A program made the translations under genes and the position numbers. Of a stretch of DNA of 64,000 nucleotides, positions 47,315-56,563 are shown one piece after another (the stretch's first letter is position 1; each line of letters begins with the position of its first letter). Location: the NCBI GenBank assembly GCA_038888155.1, contig JAWAJB010000001.1, positions 417,954-481,953 on the forward strand. The letters are read 5' to 3'. The DNA comes from Desulfurococcaceae archaeon. GTDB lineage: Archaea > Thermoproteota > Thermoprotei_A > Sulfolobales > Desulfurococcaceae. A model generated the notes under the pieces. It was not told where the DNA came from, did no database searches, and worked only from the letters and a program-made list of their open reading frames with translations.

Positions 47315-47989
47315 TTGACCTATGAAGAGCAGAGGAGGAGAGTTGTCGACTACCTCGTACAAATAGGCTACTTGAGCAACCCTAAGGTAGTAAAAGCCCT
47401 CCTCGCTGTTCCAAGGGAGCTCTTCATACCAACTAACTTAAGAGAATACGCTTACGTGGATTCCCCGTTACCTATTGGTTACGGCCAGACTATAAGTGCA
47501 ATACATATGGTTGCCATAATGACAGAAGAGCTCGACCCACAACCAGGCGATACAGTTCTTGAGGTTGGCTCTGGCTCTGGCTATCAAGCTGCTGTACTTG
47601 CAAATATTGTTGCTAGGCAGGACCCCAATAAGAGAGGCCACGTATACACCGTTGAGAGAGTTCCAGAGCTAATAGAGTTCGCTAAAAATAACTTAGTTAA
47701 AGCTGGCTACGGCGAGGACGTCACCGTAGTCTTGGGCGACGGCACGTTGGGGTATCCCGAGAAATCGCCCTACAACAGAATAATAGTAACTGCGGGGGCG
47801 CCAGATGTCCCCAAACCGCTCCTAGACCAGCTCGCCGAGGGGGGCAGACTCGTAATACCAATTGGTAGCCTCCACTCTCAAAGGCTACTAGTTCTCGAAA
47901 AGAGAAGCAACCAGCTGCTCAAAAGGTGGGGAATAGAGTGCATATTTGTGCCACTTGTAGGCGAATACGGCTGGAGGCTTAGAATGTAA
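47315..47989 (+). CDS. pcm: protein-L-isoaspartate O-methyltransferase
   Basis: VPRELF, GQTISAIHM, LEVGSGSGY, GDGTLG, FVPL. Confidence 0.96.
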   Translation: MTYEEQRRRVVDYLVQIGYLSNPKVVKALLAVPRELFIPTNLREYAYVDSPLPIGYGQTISAIHMVAIMTEELDPQPGDTVLEVGSGSGYQAAVLANIVARQDPNKRGHVYTVERVPELIEFAKNNLVKAGYGEDVTVVLGDGTLGYPEKSPYNRIIVTAGAPDVPKPLLDQLAEGGRLVIPIGSLHSQRLLVLEKRSNQLLKRWGIECIFVPLVGEYGWRLRM

Positions 47990-48010
47990 AATAATTGCGC
48001 ACCTAGCTTG

Positions 48011-49078
48011 CTACTTCTTCAACCACTTAGTGAGCCCCAATTGCTCGCCCTTAATGTGCTCTCTGTAAGCCTTTAGTAATCTCTCAAAGGCGTTCTCAAC
48101 TCTTTCCCTGTCAAAGTCGTGCTCCTTAATGAGGATATCGGCGATCTGCACGATATTGGGTTCTCGCCACTCTATTCTGTAGCTCTTTGAAACTGGGGGG
48201 TTTAAAAAGTACTTCTTGATTGCTACAACATCTACTTCGAGCTCAGATTTAAGCACTATCTTGGGCACCTTTTCAACGCTACCGTAGACTTTAATTAGTT
48301 GGTATGCCCTTTTAGGCCCAATGTTCTCAAATCCATCTGGGTTGTAGTCTGTCCCAATAAGTATGCCTATGTCAACTAGCGCTTCATGTGTAATGTTGAG
48401 CGCGTCTAGTAGTTTACTTAGCTCGATCATCTCAGGGACTATTTCTACGTATTCTTCTCTCCTTGGGAGCTTTCTCCTGCCGCTAATAGTCAGGTTCCTA
48501 ACCAGCCTAGGCGAGCCGAATAAGAGGCTATCGTAATCTTGGGACGCCGTTGCGTAGGCATCGCCGCATTTAGCTAAGTATGCAGCTTGAGACTCTCCCT
48601 CTGCGGGAGCTTGAACCCAAGGGATGCCCATAGCATCTAGGAGAGCCTTAGCATCGCTCACCATACTGTCTGTTAGCTTAGCGGCCATAGCAGCGTATCT
48701 GCGCGCAGCCTCAATGTCGCCTAGCTTGACAGCTTCTTCGTATTTCTTGCCCGCTTCTTCTCTAACAGCTCTTCGCTTTTCTATCTCCTTGGCTTTAAGC
48801 TCTGGAGGCTTGCCGTCGAAGACGTAAATTGGCTTTATTCCATTCTCTACGAGATTTATTGTCCTGTAGTAGAGCCCGCTGAGATGGCTTGTTATTCGGC
48901 CCTGGCTGTCCATTAGCGGTGTTCCATCGGGTTGCCTTATAGCAGTGACGAACTGGTAGAGCGCGTTGTAGGCATCTATAGCAATCGCCTTACCTCGCAG
49001 GGCCCTTAAGTCGCTTATTCGCAACTTCAGGTTGTCGGGGATGAGGTCCTTGAGGTCTACGCCCACAGGAACACCCAC
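48011..49078 (-). CDS. fen: flap endonuclease 1
   Basis: IDAYNALYQF, DGTPL, VFDG, EGESQ, SQDYDSLLFG, GTDY; C-terminal PIP box QLGLTKW. Confidence 0.97.
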   Translation of the reverse strand: MGVPVGVDLKDLIPDNLKLRISDLRALRGKAIAIDAYNALYQFVTAIRQPDGTPLMDSQGRITSHLSGLYYRTINLVENGIKPIYVFDGKPPELKAKEIEKRRAVREEAGKKYEEAVKLGDIEAARRYAAMAAKLTDSMVSDAKALLDAMGIPWVQAPAEGESQAAYLAKCGDAYATASQDYDSLLFGSPRLVRNLTISGRRKLPRREEYVEIVPEMIELSKLLDALNITHEALVDIGILIGTDYNPDGFENIGPKRAYQLIKVYGSVEKVPKIVLKSELEVDVVAIKKYFLNPPVSKSYRIEWREPNIVQIADILIKEHDFDRERVENAFERLLKAYREHIKGEQLGLTKWLKK

Positions 49079-49120
49079 TTAGAATCTATGTCTTTTAACG
49101 CTATTATTTGTTTAAAGGGG

Positions 49121-49384
49121 CTAAGCTCTTGTAGAAAAGTAGTGTAGCGCTTGTGATGATGGGCGAATCACGAACTCCCTGCCAACGGACTCTACGTGGA
49201 TTAGTCCCTGTAGTTCAAGTTTCATGAGGGTATGGTAGAGCTCCGGGTGGGTAGGCTCAATTTCGTACTCCTTCTTTAACGTCTCGACTAGTTTTGTTTC
49301 AGATATACCTTCGGATCTCGAGATAACAATTTCTAGTACAGCTCTATGGAGGGGTATTTTCTTCCACATACCTGAATTCTTCAA
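49121..49384 (-). CDS. small winged-helix protein
   Basis: ELYHTLMKLELQGLIHV wHTH pattern. Confidence 0.75.
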   Translation of the reverse strand: MKNSGMWKKIPLHRAVLEIVISRSEGISETKLVETLKKEYEIEPTHPELYHTLMKLELQGLIHVESVGREFVIRPSSQALHYFSTRA

Positions 49385-49399
49385 GGAAGGCTCACCGCT

Positions 49400-51625
49400 C
49401 TACACGTAAATATACGGCTTAAACCCAGCTCTGGGGGGAACTCTCCTTATTTTCTCGTTCCACTCTATGTAGAACTTTATTAGGTCGTCGCTCAGGCTCG
49501 GTTTAACGGCGTTAAGGGCTTTGTGGAAGTGCTGTTTCTCAATGTATTTAACAGAAATACTCTCCCTTAGAGCCTGCATTAAGGCCTCTCTAACTAGAGC
49601 CTCTAGATCTGCTCCGCTGTAGTTCTCTGCAGCTTGGGCAACTTCGTACAGGTCAACGTCAGCAGACAGCGGCAGGAACCTTGTGTGTATCCTGAGTATC
49701 TCTAGCCGCGCCTTGAAGTCTGGGGGCGGGACATATACGAGCTTATCAAATCTCCCAGGGCGCAGAAGCGCGTGATCAACAAGGTCTGGCCTATTTGTAG
49801 CTGCAAGAACGACAACATTGCCTAAGTCTTTAATTCCGTCCAGCTCTGTAATTAGCTGTGTAACAACCCTCTCTGTAACCCCAGAATCGGCGTTAAGCCC
49901 GCGAATAGGCGCCAGCGCATCTATTTCATCAATGAAAATGATAGTTGGCGCGTGAACTCTTGCCTTCCTGAAAATCTCGCGAACAGCCTTTTCGGACTCC
50001 CCAACCCACTTGCTGAGTATTTCAGGCCCCCTTATGGCTATAAAATTAACGCTGCTCTCGTTTGCAACTGCTTTCGCTAGCAGCGTTTTTCCGCATCCAG
50101 GCGGCCCGTAGAGTAAAACCCCCTTGGGAGGCTTTATGCCGTACTTTTCATAAATCTCTGGGCTCTTCAGGGGGTATTCAATGTTTTCCCTGAGCACCTG
50201 CTTAACCTCGCTTAATCCCCCTACGTCCTTCCAGGTTACGTCAGGCACTTCAATGTATATTTCCCTCAAGCCGCTGGGAACAATGCCCCTATAGGCGGCT
50301 AAAAAGTCATCGTACCCTATTAAGATAGACGATAAAATGTTCTCTTGGTCATTGCTTTTTGAGCTCTCTATAGCCTTCTTCACGCCTCTCATAACTGCCT
50401 CCTTGACTAGCGCAGCTAAGTCTGCGCCCGTGAATCCGTGTGTAATCTCGGCCAATTTCTCCAAGTCAACATCCTGGGAGAGCGCGCCAAGCTCCTTTAG
50501 GCGCCTTGTGTGAACGCTCAGTATTTCGAGCCTGCCCTTTTTATCGGGCATGGGGATCTCTATTTCAATATCTAGCCTGCCAGGCCTCCTCAGGGCTGGG
50601 TCAATAGCGTTAGGCCTATTAGTGGCAGCTATTACTATCACGTTTCCCCTGCTCTCCAGCCCATCCATTAAGGCTAGTAGCTGTGCAACTACTCTCCTCT
50701 CCACTTCTCCTGTGACTTCGTCGCGCTTTGGCGCGATAGCGTCTAGCTCATCGATAAATATTATAGCAGGGTACTTCTTTGCCTTCTTCTTCGCTAATTT
50801 AAAGATCTCCCTTAGCCTCTGCTCAGACTCTCCGTAGAACTTGCTCATTATCTCGGGGCCGTTTATCACTATGAAGTGGGCGTTAAGTTCGTTTGCAACT
50901 GCTTTCGCTAGCAGCGTTTTTCCGCATCCAGGCGGCCCGTAGAGCAGGATTCCCTTAGGGGGCTCTACATTTAACTTGCTGAAAACCTTGTTGTACTTGA
51001 ACGGGAGCTCTATTAAGTCTCGCACTTTGCTAATAATTGAAGTCAGTCCGCCGATATCCTCGAATGTTACGCGGGGAATTTCGCTAATAGGCTCGTCGAA
51101 AACTATTACCTCAGTCTCCTCCGAGACTACTGCAGGTCCTCGCGGCTTAATCGAAACAGCCCTAAAGGGTATCTTTACTTTTTCTATTTCTACAAGGACT
51201 TCATCTCCTTCATGTACAGGGCACATGAGCAAGCTCTGCCTTATTTTACCTAAAATGCTTGCATCGACAGGGGCGTGAAAGTTAGTGGGGGCGAGCTTTA
51301 GCACTTTAGCAAACCTGGGCTCTACTCTTTCAACATATACAACGTCTCCTGCTTCAACTCGAGCGTTTTTCATGGTGAGCTTGTTCATTCTAATTAACCC
51401 TCTGCCCTGGTCCTCCTCTTTGCCAGTAATGGCAAACGCTGCAGTCTCTCTCTCGCCCTCAATTAATAGAAGATCTCCCTGCGTAATTCTAAACTTCCTC
51501 ATAACTTCTGGGTCTAGTTCCACTCTTCCCCAGGGCATTGCATTTTCATCTGCCTCCTCGACTCTTAACGCTAACCTCACTGAGTACAGCATTTCCAGGT
51601 AACACCACGAATCTATTAGACTCAT
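49400..51625 (-). CDS. cdc48: CDC48/VAT AAA+ ATPase
   Basis: N domain plus two AAA modules ([20 protein letters not shown]); C-terminal IYV. Confidence 0.96.
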   Translation of the reverse strand: MSLIDSWCYLEMLYSVRLALRVEEADENAMPWGRVELDPEVMRKFRITQGDLLLIEGERETAAFAITGKEEDQGRGLIRMNKLTMKNARVEAGDVVYVERVEPRFAKVLKLAPTNFHAPVDASILGKIRQSLLMCPVHEGDEVLVEIEKVKIPFRAVSIKPRGPAVVSEETEVIVFDEPISEIPRVTFEDIGGLTSIISKVRDLIELPFKYNKVFSKLNVEPPKGILLYGPPGCGKTLLAKAVANELNAHFIVINGPEIMSKFYGESEQRLREIFKLAKKKAKKYPAIIFIDELDAIAPKRDEVTGEVERRVVAQLLALMDGLESRGNVIVIAATNRPNAIDPALRRPGRLDIEIEIPMPDKKGRLEILSVHTRRLKELGALSQDVDLEKLAEITHGFTGADLAALVKEAVMRGVKKAIESSKSNDQENILSSILIGYDDFLAAYRGIVPSGLREIYIEVPDVTWKDVGGLSEVKQVLRENIEYPLKSPEIYEKYGIKPPKGVLLYGPPGCGKTLLAKAVANESSVNFIAIRGPEILSKWVGESEKAVREIFRKARVHAPTIIFIDEIDALAPIRGLNADSGVTERVVTQLITELDGIKDLGNVVVLAATNRPDLVDHALLRPGRFDKLVYVPPPDFKARLEILRIHTRFLPLSADVDLYEVAQAAENYSGADLEALVREALMQALRESISVKYIEKQHFHKALNAVKPSLSDDLIKFYIEWNEKIRRVPPRAGFKPYIYV
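50058..50944. repeat. 56-bp exact direct repeat (50058-50113 and 50889-50944) at the two Walker A motifs of cdc48
   Basis: TCGTTTGCAACTGCTTTCGCTAGCAGCGTTTTTCCGCATCCAGGCGGCCCGTAGAG present twice. Confidence 0.95.
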
Positions 51626-51648
51626 TGGTAAAGGTGGGTATTATACCA

Positions 51649-51724
<76 letters not shown>

Positions 51725-51789
51725 TACCCACTAACACTACTGAGGGTATTTAGGGTTAAAAGCGCTTCTTGTTCAAAAACAGCTCGCAG

Positions 51790-51919
51790 TGGGCCCGGGG
51801 GGACTTGAACCCCCGACCTACGGGTCGCCCCGCTCTCCAGACCGCTATCATCCTTTGCAGTCAATCGACCCGTAGTGAGGTCTGGAGCCCGCCGCTCTGC
51901 CTAGCTGAGCTACGGGCCC
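51790..51919 (-). tRNA. tRNA-Trp(CCA) with 56-nt intron at 37/38 (51826-51881)
   Basis: GCGGG-CT CCA G^intron^A-CCCGT; BHB-like with CTCC/GGGG central helix; mature length 74 nt. Confidence 0.95.
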
Positions 51920-52019
51920 GCTGCTCGTCATCTCACTATAATTGGTGTTAATAAGGTATTAAAAACCTTTCATTATTTTAATATTGAGGTTGCTTTGAGT
52001 TAAAGTGGTGCAGTGAGAC

Positions 52020-52517
52020 TTGAAATACCCGCTAGATAAAATATGTATAAAGAGCGGCGCTTTTTGCCCCTCATGCCAAAGGAAAATAGAGGCTAACTTA
52101 GTTGCCGAGGACGATTTGCTAGTATTAAAAGCGCTAGTTGCATTAGAGGACAAGCTAAAGTTTTTAAGAAAGGGGGAGTACGTAAAGTCCATTAGTTTAG
52201 ATGACGAGATCTTCGTTCTTTTAAAAGATGGTTTCGAGGGGGAGGAGCTACTCACTCTCGAGAGGGAGATCTCAAGCGCTGTAGGAAAGAAGGTAAAAGT
52301 GGTAGAGCAAACAAATGACTTGAAGAGGCTCGTTGAACAGATAATTGCCCCCGCCTCGCTCCTCGGCATAAACAAAGTGTGGCTTCCCAATGGGGAAGAG
52401 GTATTAACTGTAAGGGTGTCAAAAAGGGACCGGAGGTACTTAGTTAAGTTAAAGGAACAGTATGAGTCTCTAATCGAGAAGATAAGCGGAGCAAAGTCAA
52501 AGATAACTTTTGAGTAA
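52020..52517 (+). CDS. NusA-like KH-domain paralog with N-terminal Cys cluster
   Basis: ICIKSGAFCPSC, LGINKVWLPNG; crenarchaeal NusA2-like. Confidence 0.75.
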   Translation: MKYPLDKICIKSGAFCPSCQRKIEANLVAEDDLLVLKALVALEDKLKFLRKGEYVKSISLDDEIFVLLKDGFEGEELLTLEREISSAVGKKVKVVEQTNDLKRLVEQIIAPASLLGINKVWLPNGEEVLTVRVSKRDRRYLVKLKEQYESLIEKISGAKSKITFE

Positions 52518-52519
52518 AG

Positions 52520-53605
52520 CTACTCTATTGCGAGGTTCCACTTAAAGATCTCCCTCAGCACAACTGTTGCGAACATACCTGGCCTCAGCTTAAACTCATA
52601 CGTTAAAACACCGTTTGCTAGCGAAATTTTGCTCTCCTCCGGCTTAAATAACCCCTCTCTGTGAAAACACGGCAACCGCTTCAGTAGCTTAGGGGGAACT
52701 CCCTCCAGTTGTGCTATAGAATTGTAGAGCTCACTTCCTTCAGGGCATCCAGGCATGGGTAGGGGTGCATGCAGCACCGAGAAGTCGCCCCTGTCAATTA
52801 TGAGGTTCAGTAGTTGATTGAATAGATAGCTTGCATAAGCATCGAGGAACATGTTGCGAGCTCGCCTGACAACTACCCACAATCCGCTGCCGAGAGGAGC
52901 CTTGGCGTAAGCATCTTCGTAGAGTAGCCCTTTAAATTGGCCTGCTACGCGCTTGTAAGCTACTTCTCTCTCTTCAAGTGGAAATAAGCTCCTAAGGAAC
53001 TCTAAGGCAAACAGATCTTCTCTACCGAGTAGCAGGTATTTTCCTAAGACGTGTGAATTATACCTTCTGTAGCCAAATCTTTGGTACCCGTAGTATGATG
53101 GTAAGCCGACTTCAGCAATTACGCCTGCAATATCCATGAGAATCTCGTAGTGAGATGCACTAGCGTTGTTGATTAATACTCTAAATTTGTTCCCACGGTA
53201 GTGAGACTTCTTAGGCTTTGACTTCACGAAACCAACTAGCTCGAGCTTAATTCCCTTAGCCTCAACTGGCAAGGCGGATTTTTCAATTAGCGACCTCTTC
53301 ACGAAGATATACGATAGAGTTCGCGCGCTCCTATCCTTTAACCCGTAGAAGTGTAAGTTGCCAACGGGCACGTTGAGGGACCTCGCAACAACCTCAACGG
53401 CCTTTAGCATTTCAACGTCCTCCTTGTAGAGCTTCAGGGCAGCGTACTCGCCTTTTTGGTTGTTTAGCCCCATTTCACTGAAGTCTACAACTTCCTCCAC
53501 GTAAAATGTGCTAGGCGAAATCCTGTACTCTAAGTTAACTACCTTATTCGTAATAACGTGCTTTAACCCTGTAGCGTAGTCCAGTGGATGCGGGTACAGG
53601 AGCAT
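52520..53605 (-). CDS. truD: tRNA pseudouridine(13) synthase
   Basis: FYVEE, GLKD catalytic motif, GNKF, YYGYQRFG, ASYLFN, GMFATVVLRE. Confidence 0.93.
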   Translation of the reverse strand: MLLYPHPLDYATGLKHVITNKVVNLEYRISPSTFYVEEVVDFSEMGLNNQKGEYAALKLYKEDVEMLKAVEVVARSLNVPVGNLHFYGLKDRSARTLSYIFVKRSLIEKSALPVEAKGIKLELVGFVKSKPKKSHYRGNKFRVLINNASASHYEILMDIAGVIAEVGLPSYYGYQRFGYRRYNSHVLGKYLLLGREDLFALEFLRSLFPLEEREVAYKRVAGQFKGLLYEDAYAKAPLGSGLWVVVRRARNMFLDAYASYLFNQLLNLIIDRGDFSVLHAPLPMPGCPEGSELYNSIAQLEGVPPKLLKRLPCFHREGLFKPEESKISLANGVLTYEFKLRPGMFATVVLREIFKWNLAIE

Positions 53606-53615
53606 GCAATACTCC

Positions 53616-53963
53616 TTAGAGCGTTTTTAAGTGCCCTGTTACTCTATCTATCTTCTCTGAGGGAGCGGGGCCAATTCCTAGGGCTGTTATAGTTCCTGGC
53701 GGGAGCTCGGTTAGCCCTGCATCGGAAACCAACACAGCTGGAAGCCCTAAATCTCTGGCCGCCCTGTAAAGCTCTAGGATCTCTGCCTCACTAGAGACCT
53801 TAAGGACGATCTTTTTCTGCCCGTTTCTCCACCAATCGCTGAACCAGCTGGAAAAACTGTCCCGCGTTTCAATAGCCGCGAGTACAGCTGCATGGGCAAC
53901 TTGAACAGCTAATTTGCCCCTGCTCATGTTTAAATCCGTTCTAACAACAATAACCTGCTTCAT
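53616..53963 (-). CDS. pth2: peptidyl-tRNA hydrolase Pth2
   Basis: VVRTDL..GKLAVQVAHA, QKKIVLK, DAGLTE, GIGP. Confidence 0.97.
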   Translation of the reverse strand: MKQVIVVRTDLNMSRGKLAVQVAHAAVLAAIETRDSFSSWFSDWWRNGQKKIVLKVSSEAEILELYRAARDLGLPAVLVSDAGLTELPPGTITALGIGPAPSEKIDRVTGHLKTL

Positions 53964-54173
53964 GCGTTCACCGGCTTAGAGGCTAAACACCCTGGGATAC
54001 ACTCTACGAATTGTTATATGCTTTTATGTAATTTACTTCAAGTCCTTTTAAGTAGCTTAGTTGCACCTAACCGATATTGAGGAGGACAATCAACGCGTAT
54101 TAGTTATGGCGATATTTATAAGCTTTTAAATACATGAAAAAGCCCGATACATGGTTTATAGAGGTGTGCATCT

Positions 54174-54383
54174 TTGAGCTACGCTTTAAGAGAAGACGTA
54201 AAAATAGACGAGACAGCCACAACAGCTATTTGCAGTAGCTGCCGAAGGCCGTTCACGCCCGGGGAATACGGGGTAGAGTTCCCGTGTCCAAGCTGCGGCA
54301 AGAGCATTATTAGAAGATGCAAGAAGTGCCGCAAACTGGCAGTAGAGTACACTTGCCCGAGCTGCGGCTTTAAGGGTCCTTGA
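54174..54383 (+). CDS. Zn-ribbon protein DUF1610 (HVO_2753-like)
   Basis: Four CxxC pairs ending CPSCGFKGP; conserved position upstream of EF-1beta. Confidence 0.9.
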   Translation: MSYALREDVKIDETATTAICSSCRRPFTPGEYGVEFPCPSCGKSIIRRCKKCRKLAVEYTCPSCGFKGP

Positions 54384-54384
54384 G

Positions 54385-54666
54385 GTGGCTACAGTGTCCA
54401 AGGTCGCAGTTATACTAAGGGTGCTCCCAGAGGATATCTCAGTTAGCCTCGAGCAGCTGGTTGCCGAACTCAAGAAGAAGCTACCCTCTCAGTACAGCCT
54501 TGAGGCTTGGGATGAGGAGCCCATAGCTTTCGGCTTAAAGGCCTTAAGGCTACTGGTCTTAATCCCAGAGAGCACAGAGGGAGGCACAGAGCCCCTCGAA
54601 GAGTTAATAGGTCAGTTGCCAGGCGTAAGCCAGGTTGAAGTGCTAGTAGTCCACAGGGCATTTTAA
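54385..54666 (+). CDS. ef1b: translation elongation factor 1-beta
   Basis: EPIAFGLKAL motif. Confidence 0.95.
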   Translation: MATVSKVAVILRVLPEDISVSLEQLVAELKKKLPSQYSLEAWDEEPIAFGLKALRLLVLIPESTEGGTEPLEELIGQLPGVSQVEVLVVHRAF

Positions 54667-54691
54667 TTATAGATGTCCGCCTACGCGCAGC

Positions 54692-54773
54692 AAGAGACAA
54701 CCTCGTAATGCGGGCCTTTTCTTCATGGATGTACAGAGTAAAACCCGGGCTCTATCTTCATTGGTTGCCTCTT
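54692..54773 (-). ncRNA. box C/D sRNA (candidate tRNA-Glu double guide)
   Basis: 11-bp terminal stem AAGAGGCAACC/GGTTGTCTCTT; C ATGAAGA, guide, degenerate D' TTTA, C' ATGAAGA, guide, D ACGA. Confidence 0.75.
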
Positions 54774-54834
54774 AAGTCCTCTACTTCAAGACTATTATGT
54801 AGAAGTGAAGGCATATTTTAAGTTTAAAGCGAGG

Positions 54835-55440
54835 TTAAGGCTCGCCCTTTTTCCAGAGCTCGGTTACCCTCCTCCTTTTCAGCGAGAACATCTCTTGGTC
54901 AACGTACTTGTACACAGTAGAGTGCGCTCTACCTTCAACTAGCATCTCAACGGCTTTCTTGGCTATACTTGCCGTCTCGTAGTCCCCTATAACAGCGACG
55001 TAGGGCTCGTAAATTGATATATGCGTCCCCGTTAGCTCCTCGAGGACTCTACGAGCTTTGCCCTCCTCCCCAATTACCCTGCCGAGCACCCTCCTCAGGT
55101 GATTTGGCTTATCTCCAACGTACTGCCTCACGTCAATTACTTCGAGCACTTGGTCTTCCTCTAAGAGCCTAAATGCTCGCTCAGGGCTAAAGCCCAGGCC
55201 AATGGCTTTAACGACGCTCTGGGCCTTCATGAGCTCTAGGGCTGTTGTCTCGGGGAAGGCTGGCTCTATTATTACGTTTCCTGACTCCGGATCTACAGAA
55301 AGAAGCGTTCGGGTTTTTTCCTCTAAGTCTTTTTTCACCCTGCCGTTCTTCCCCAGTAGCACGCCTATTCTATCAGCGGGTATTTTCTCGTAGATCCTCG
55401 TTACCCCTACAGTTAGGCGCCCCTTTTCTTCTCGAGACAT
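54835..55440 (-). CDS. KH-domain ribosome biogenesis protein Dim2/Pno1
   Basis: IGVLLGKNG, AIGLGFSPERA, GRVIGEEG, HSTVY; follows rio1. Confidence 0.92.
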   Translation of the reverse strand: MSREEKGRLTVGVTRIYEKIPADRIGVLLGKNGRVKKDLEEKTRTLLSVDPESGNVIIEPAFPETTALELMKAQSVVKAIGLGFSPERAFRLLEEDQVLEVIDVRQYVGDKPNHLRRVLGRVIGEEGKARRVLEELTGTHISIYEPYVAVIGDYETASIAKKAVEMLVEGRAHSTVYKYVDQEMFSLKRRRVTELWKKGEP

Positions 55441-56231
55441 GCTGTTAACCTGATTATAATATCTTCTTTACGAGTGCTGGGCTCAATTTTTGCATCTTTT
55501 GTAAAAAACCTATAAATATTTTCTACATCCCTAACTAAGAAGTCGAGTGCATTTGGGTGACCCGCGTCTACTGCTTGACTGACATCGATAACTGCTATAT
55601 CTGGCCCTGGCTTCACAACAACGTTGTACTCTGAGAAGTCGCCGTGAACAAGCCCAGCTCCGCACACTATTTTTTCCAGCTCCTCTACTACTAAGCGATA
55701 TATTTCATTGAGCTCCTCTTCTGTTAAATCCCTAAATATTTCAACTAAGAGGGGATAGCGGTGTCTATCTTCGCCGAGGAACTCCATGACGAGAACGTTG
55801 TTTACGCAAGAAACGGGTTGGGGAACCTTGACTCCCGCTTCGCTCATCTTAATGAGGTTTCTGTACTCCTTTTGGGCCCAAGCTACTATTAGAGACCTCA
55901 TATCCCTTGCTTTAAGCCCCTCAAACCTAGGATCTCCAGCTATATACTTATGAATGCTCTTCTTGAACTCAGCAGAGCTCACTAAGTATATCTTAACCGC
56001 TAGCTTCTTTCCAAGCTTATCGACTCCTAAGTAAACCTTAGACTCCTTCCCTGCGCTAACTACCCCATTTATTTTCCCGAGCACTCCTTTCCTATGCAGC
56101 TCTATGATGTTCATTACTGTGAAGTTGTCAAATACCTCGTCCACTACTTCAAACAGGTCGCGGTCTTTAACTCTCTTCTCCCAGCGCTTTGTTTTATCTC
56201 TAATTAGCTTATCCAGCTCATCAAGCTTCAT
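55413..56231 (-). CDS. rio1: RIO1 serine protein kinase
   Basis: SAGKESKVY, AVKIY, WAQKEYRNL, HGDFSEYN, IDVSQ. Confidence 0.95.
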   Translation of the reverse strand: MKLDELDKLIRDKTKRWEKRVKDRDLFEVVDEVFDNFTVMNIIELHRKGVLGKINGVVSAGKESKVYLGVDKLGKKLAVKIYLVSSAEFKKSIHKYIAGDPRFEGLKARDMRSLIVAWAQKEYRNLIKMSEAGVKVPQPVSCVNNVLVMEFLGEDRHRYPLLVEIFRDLTEEELNEIYRLVVEELEKIVCGAGLVHGDFSEYNVVVKPGPDIAVIDVSQAVDAGHPNALDFLVRDVENIYRFFTKDAKIEPSTRKEDIIIRLTACLEKKRGA

Positions 56232-56563
56232 ACCAATCCACTAATTGCATCGACGAACTCCTTAGGTATAACGCCCCTTTCCACTAATCTGTGGACTTCG
56301 CCCCTAGTGTACTTGTGAATGATGTCGCACTTATCTGACCCAGAGTCCCACAGCCCGACAAGCACCATATCTCCCTCCATGATCCACACTTTTTTACGGA
56401 GCTTTCCGGGTATACGCGCCTTTCTATCTAAGCCGTCTAGGCACTTGACTAGCAGGTAGTCGCCCCCTAAGTGCCTTATAACGCCGCATATAGTTGTTGC
56501 TTCCTGCTGGCTTGGAAGAGGTATTTCCGATGGCTCCTCTCTAGTTTTACCTCTCTTGCTCAA
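56228..56563 (-). CDS. eif1a: translation initiation factor 1A
   Basis: LGG..VKCLDG..ARIPGKLRKKVWI.EGD.V. Confidence 0.95.
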   Translation of the reverse strand: MSKRGKTREEPSEIPLPSQQEATTICGVIRHLGGDYLLVKCLDGLDRKARIPGKLRKKVWIMEGDMVLVGLWDSGSDKCDIIHKYTRGEVHRLVERGVIPKEFVDAISGLV

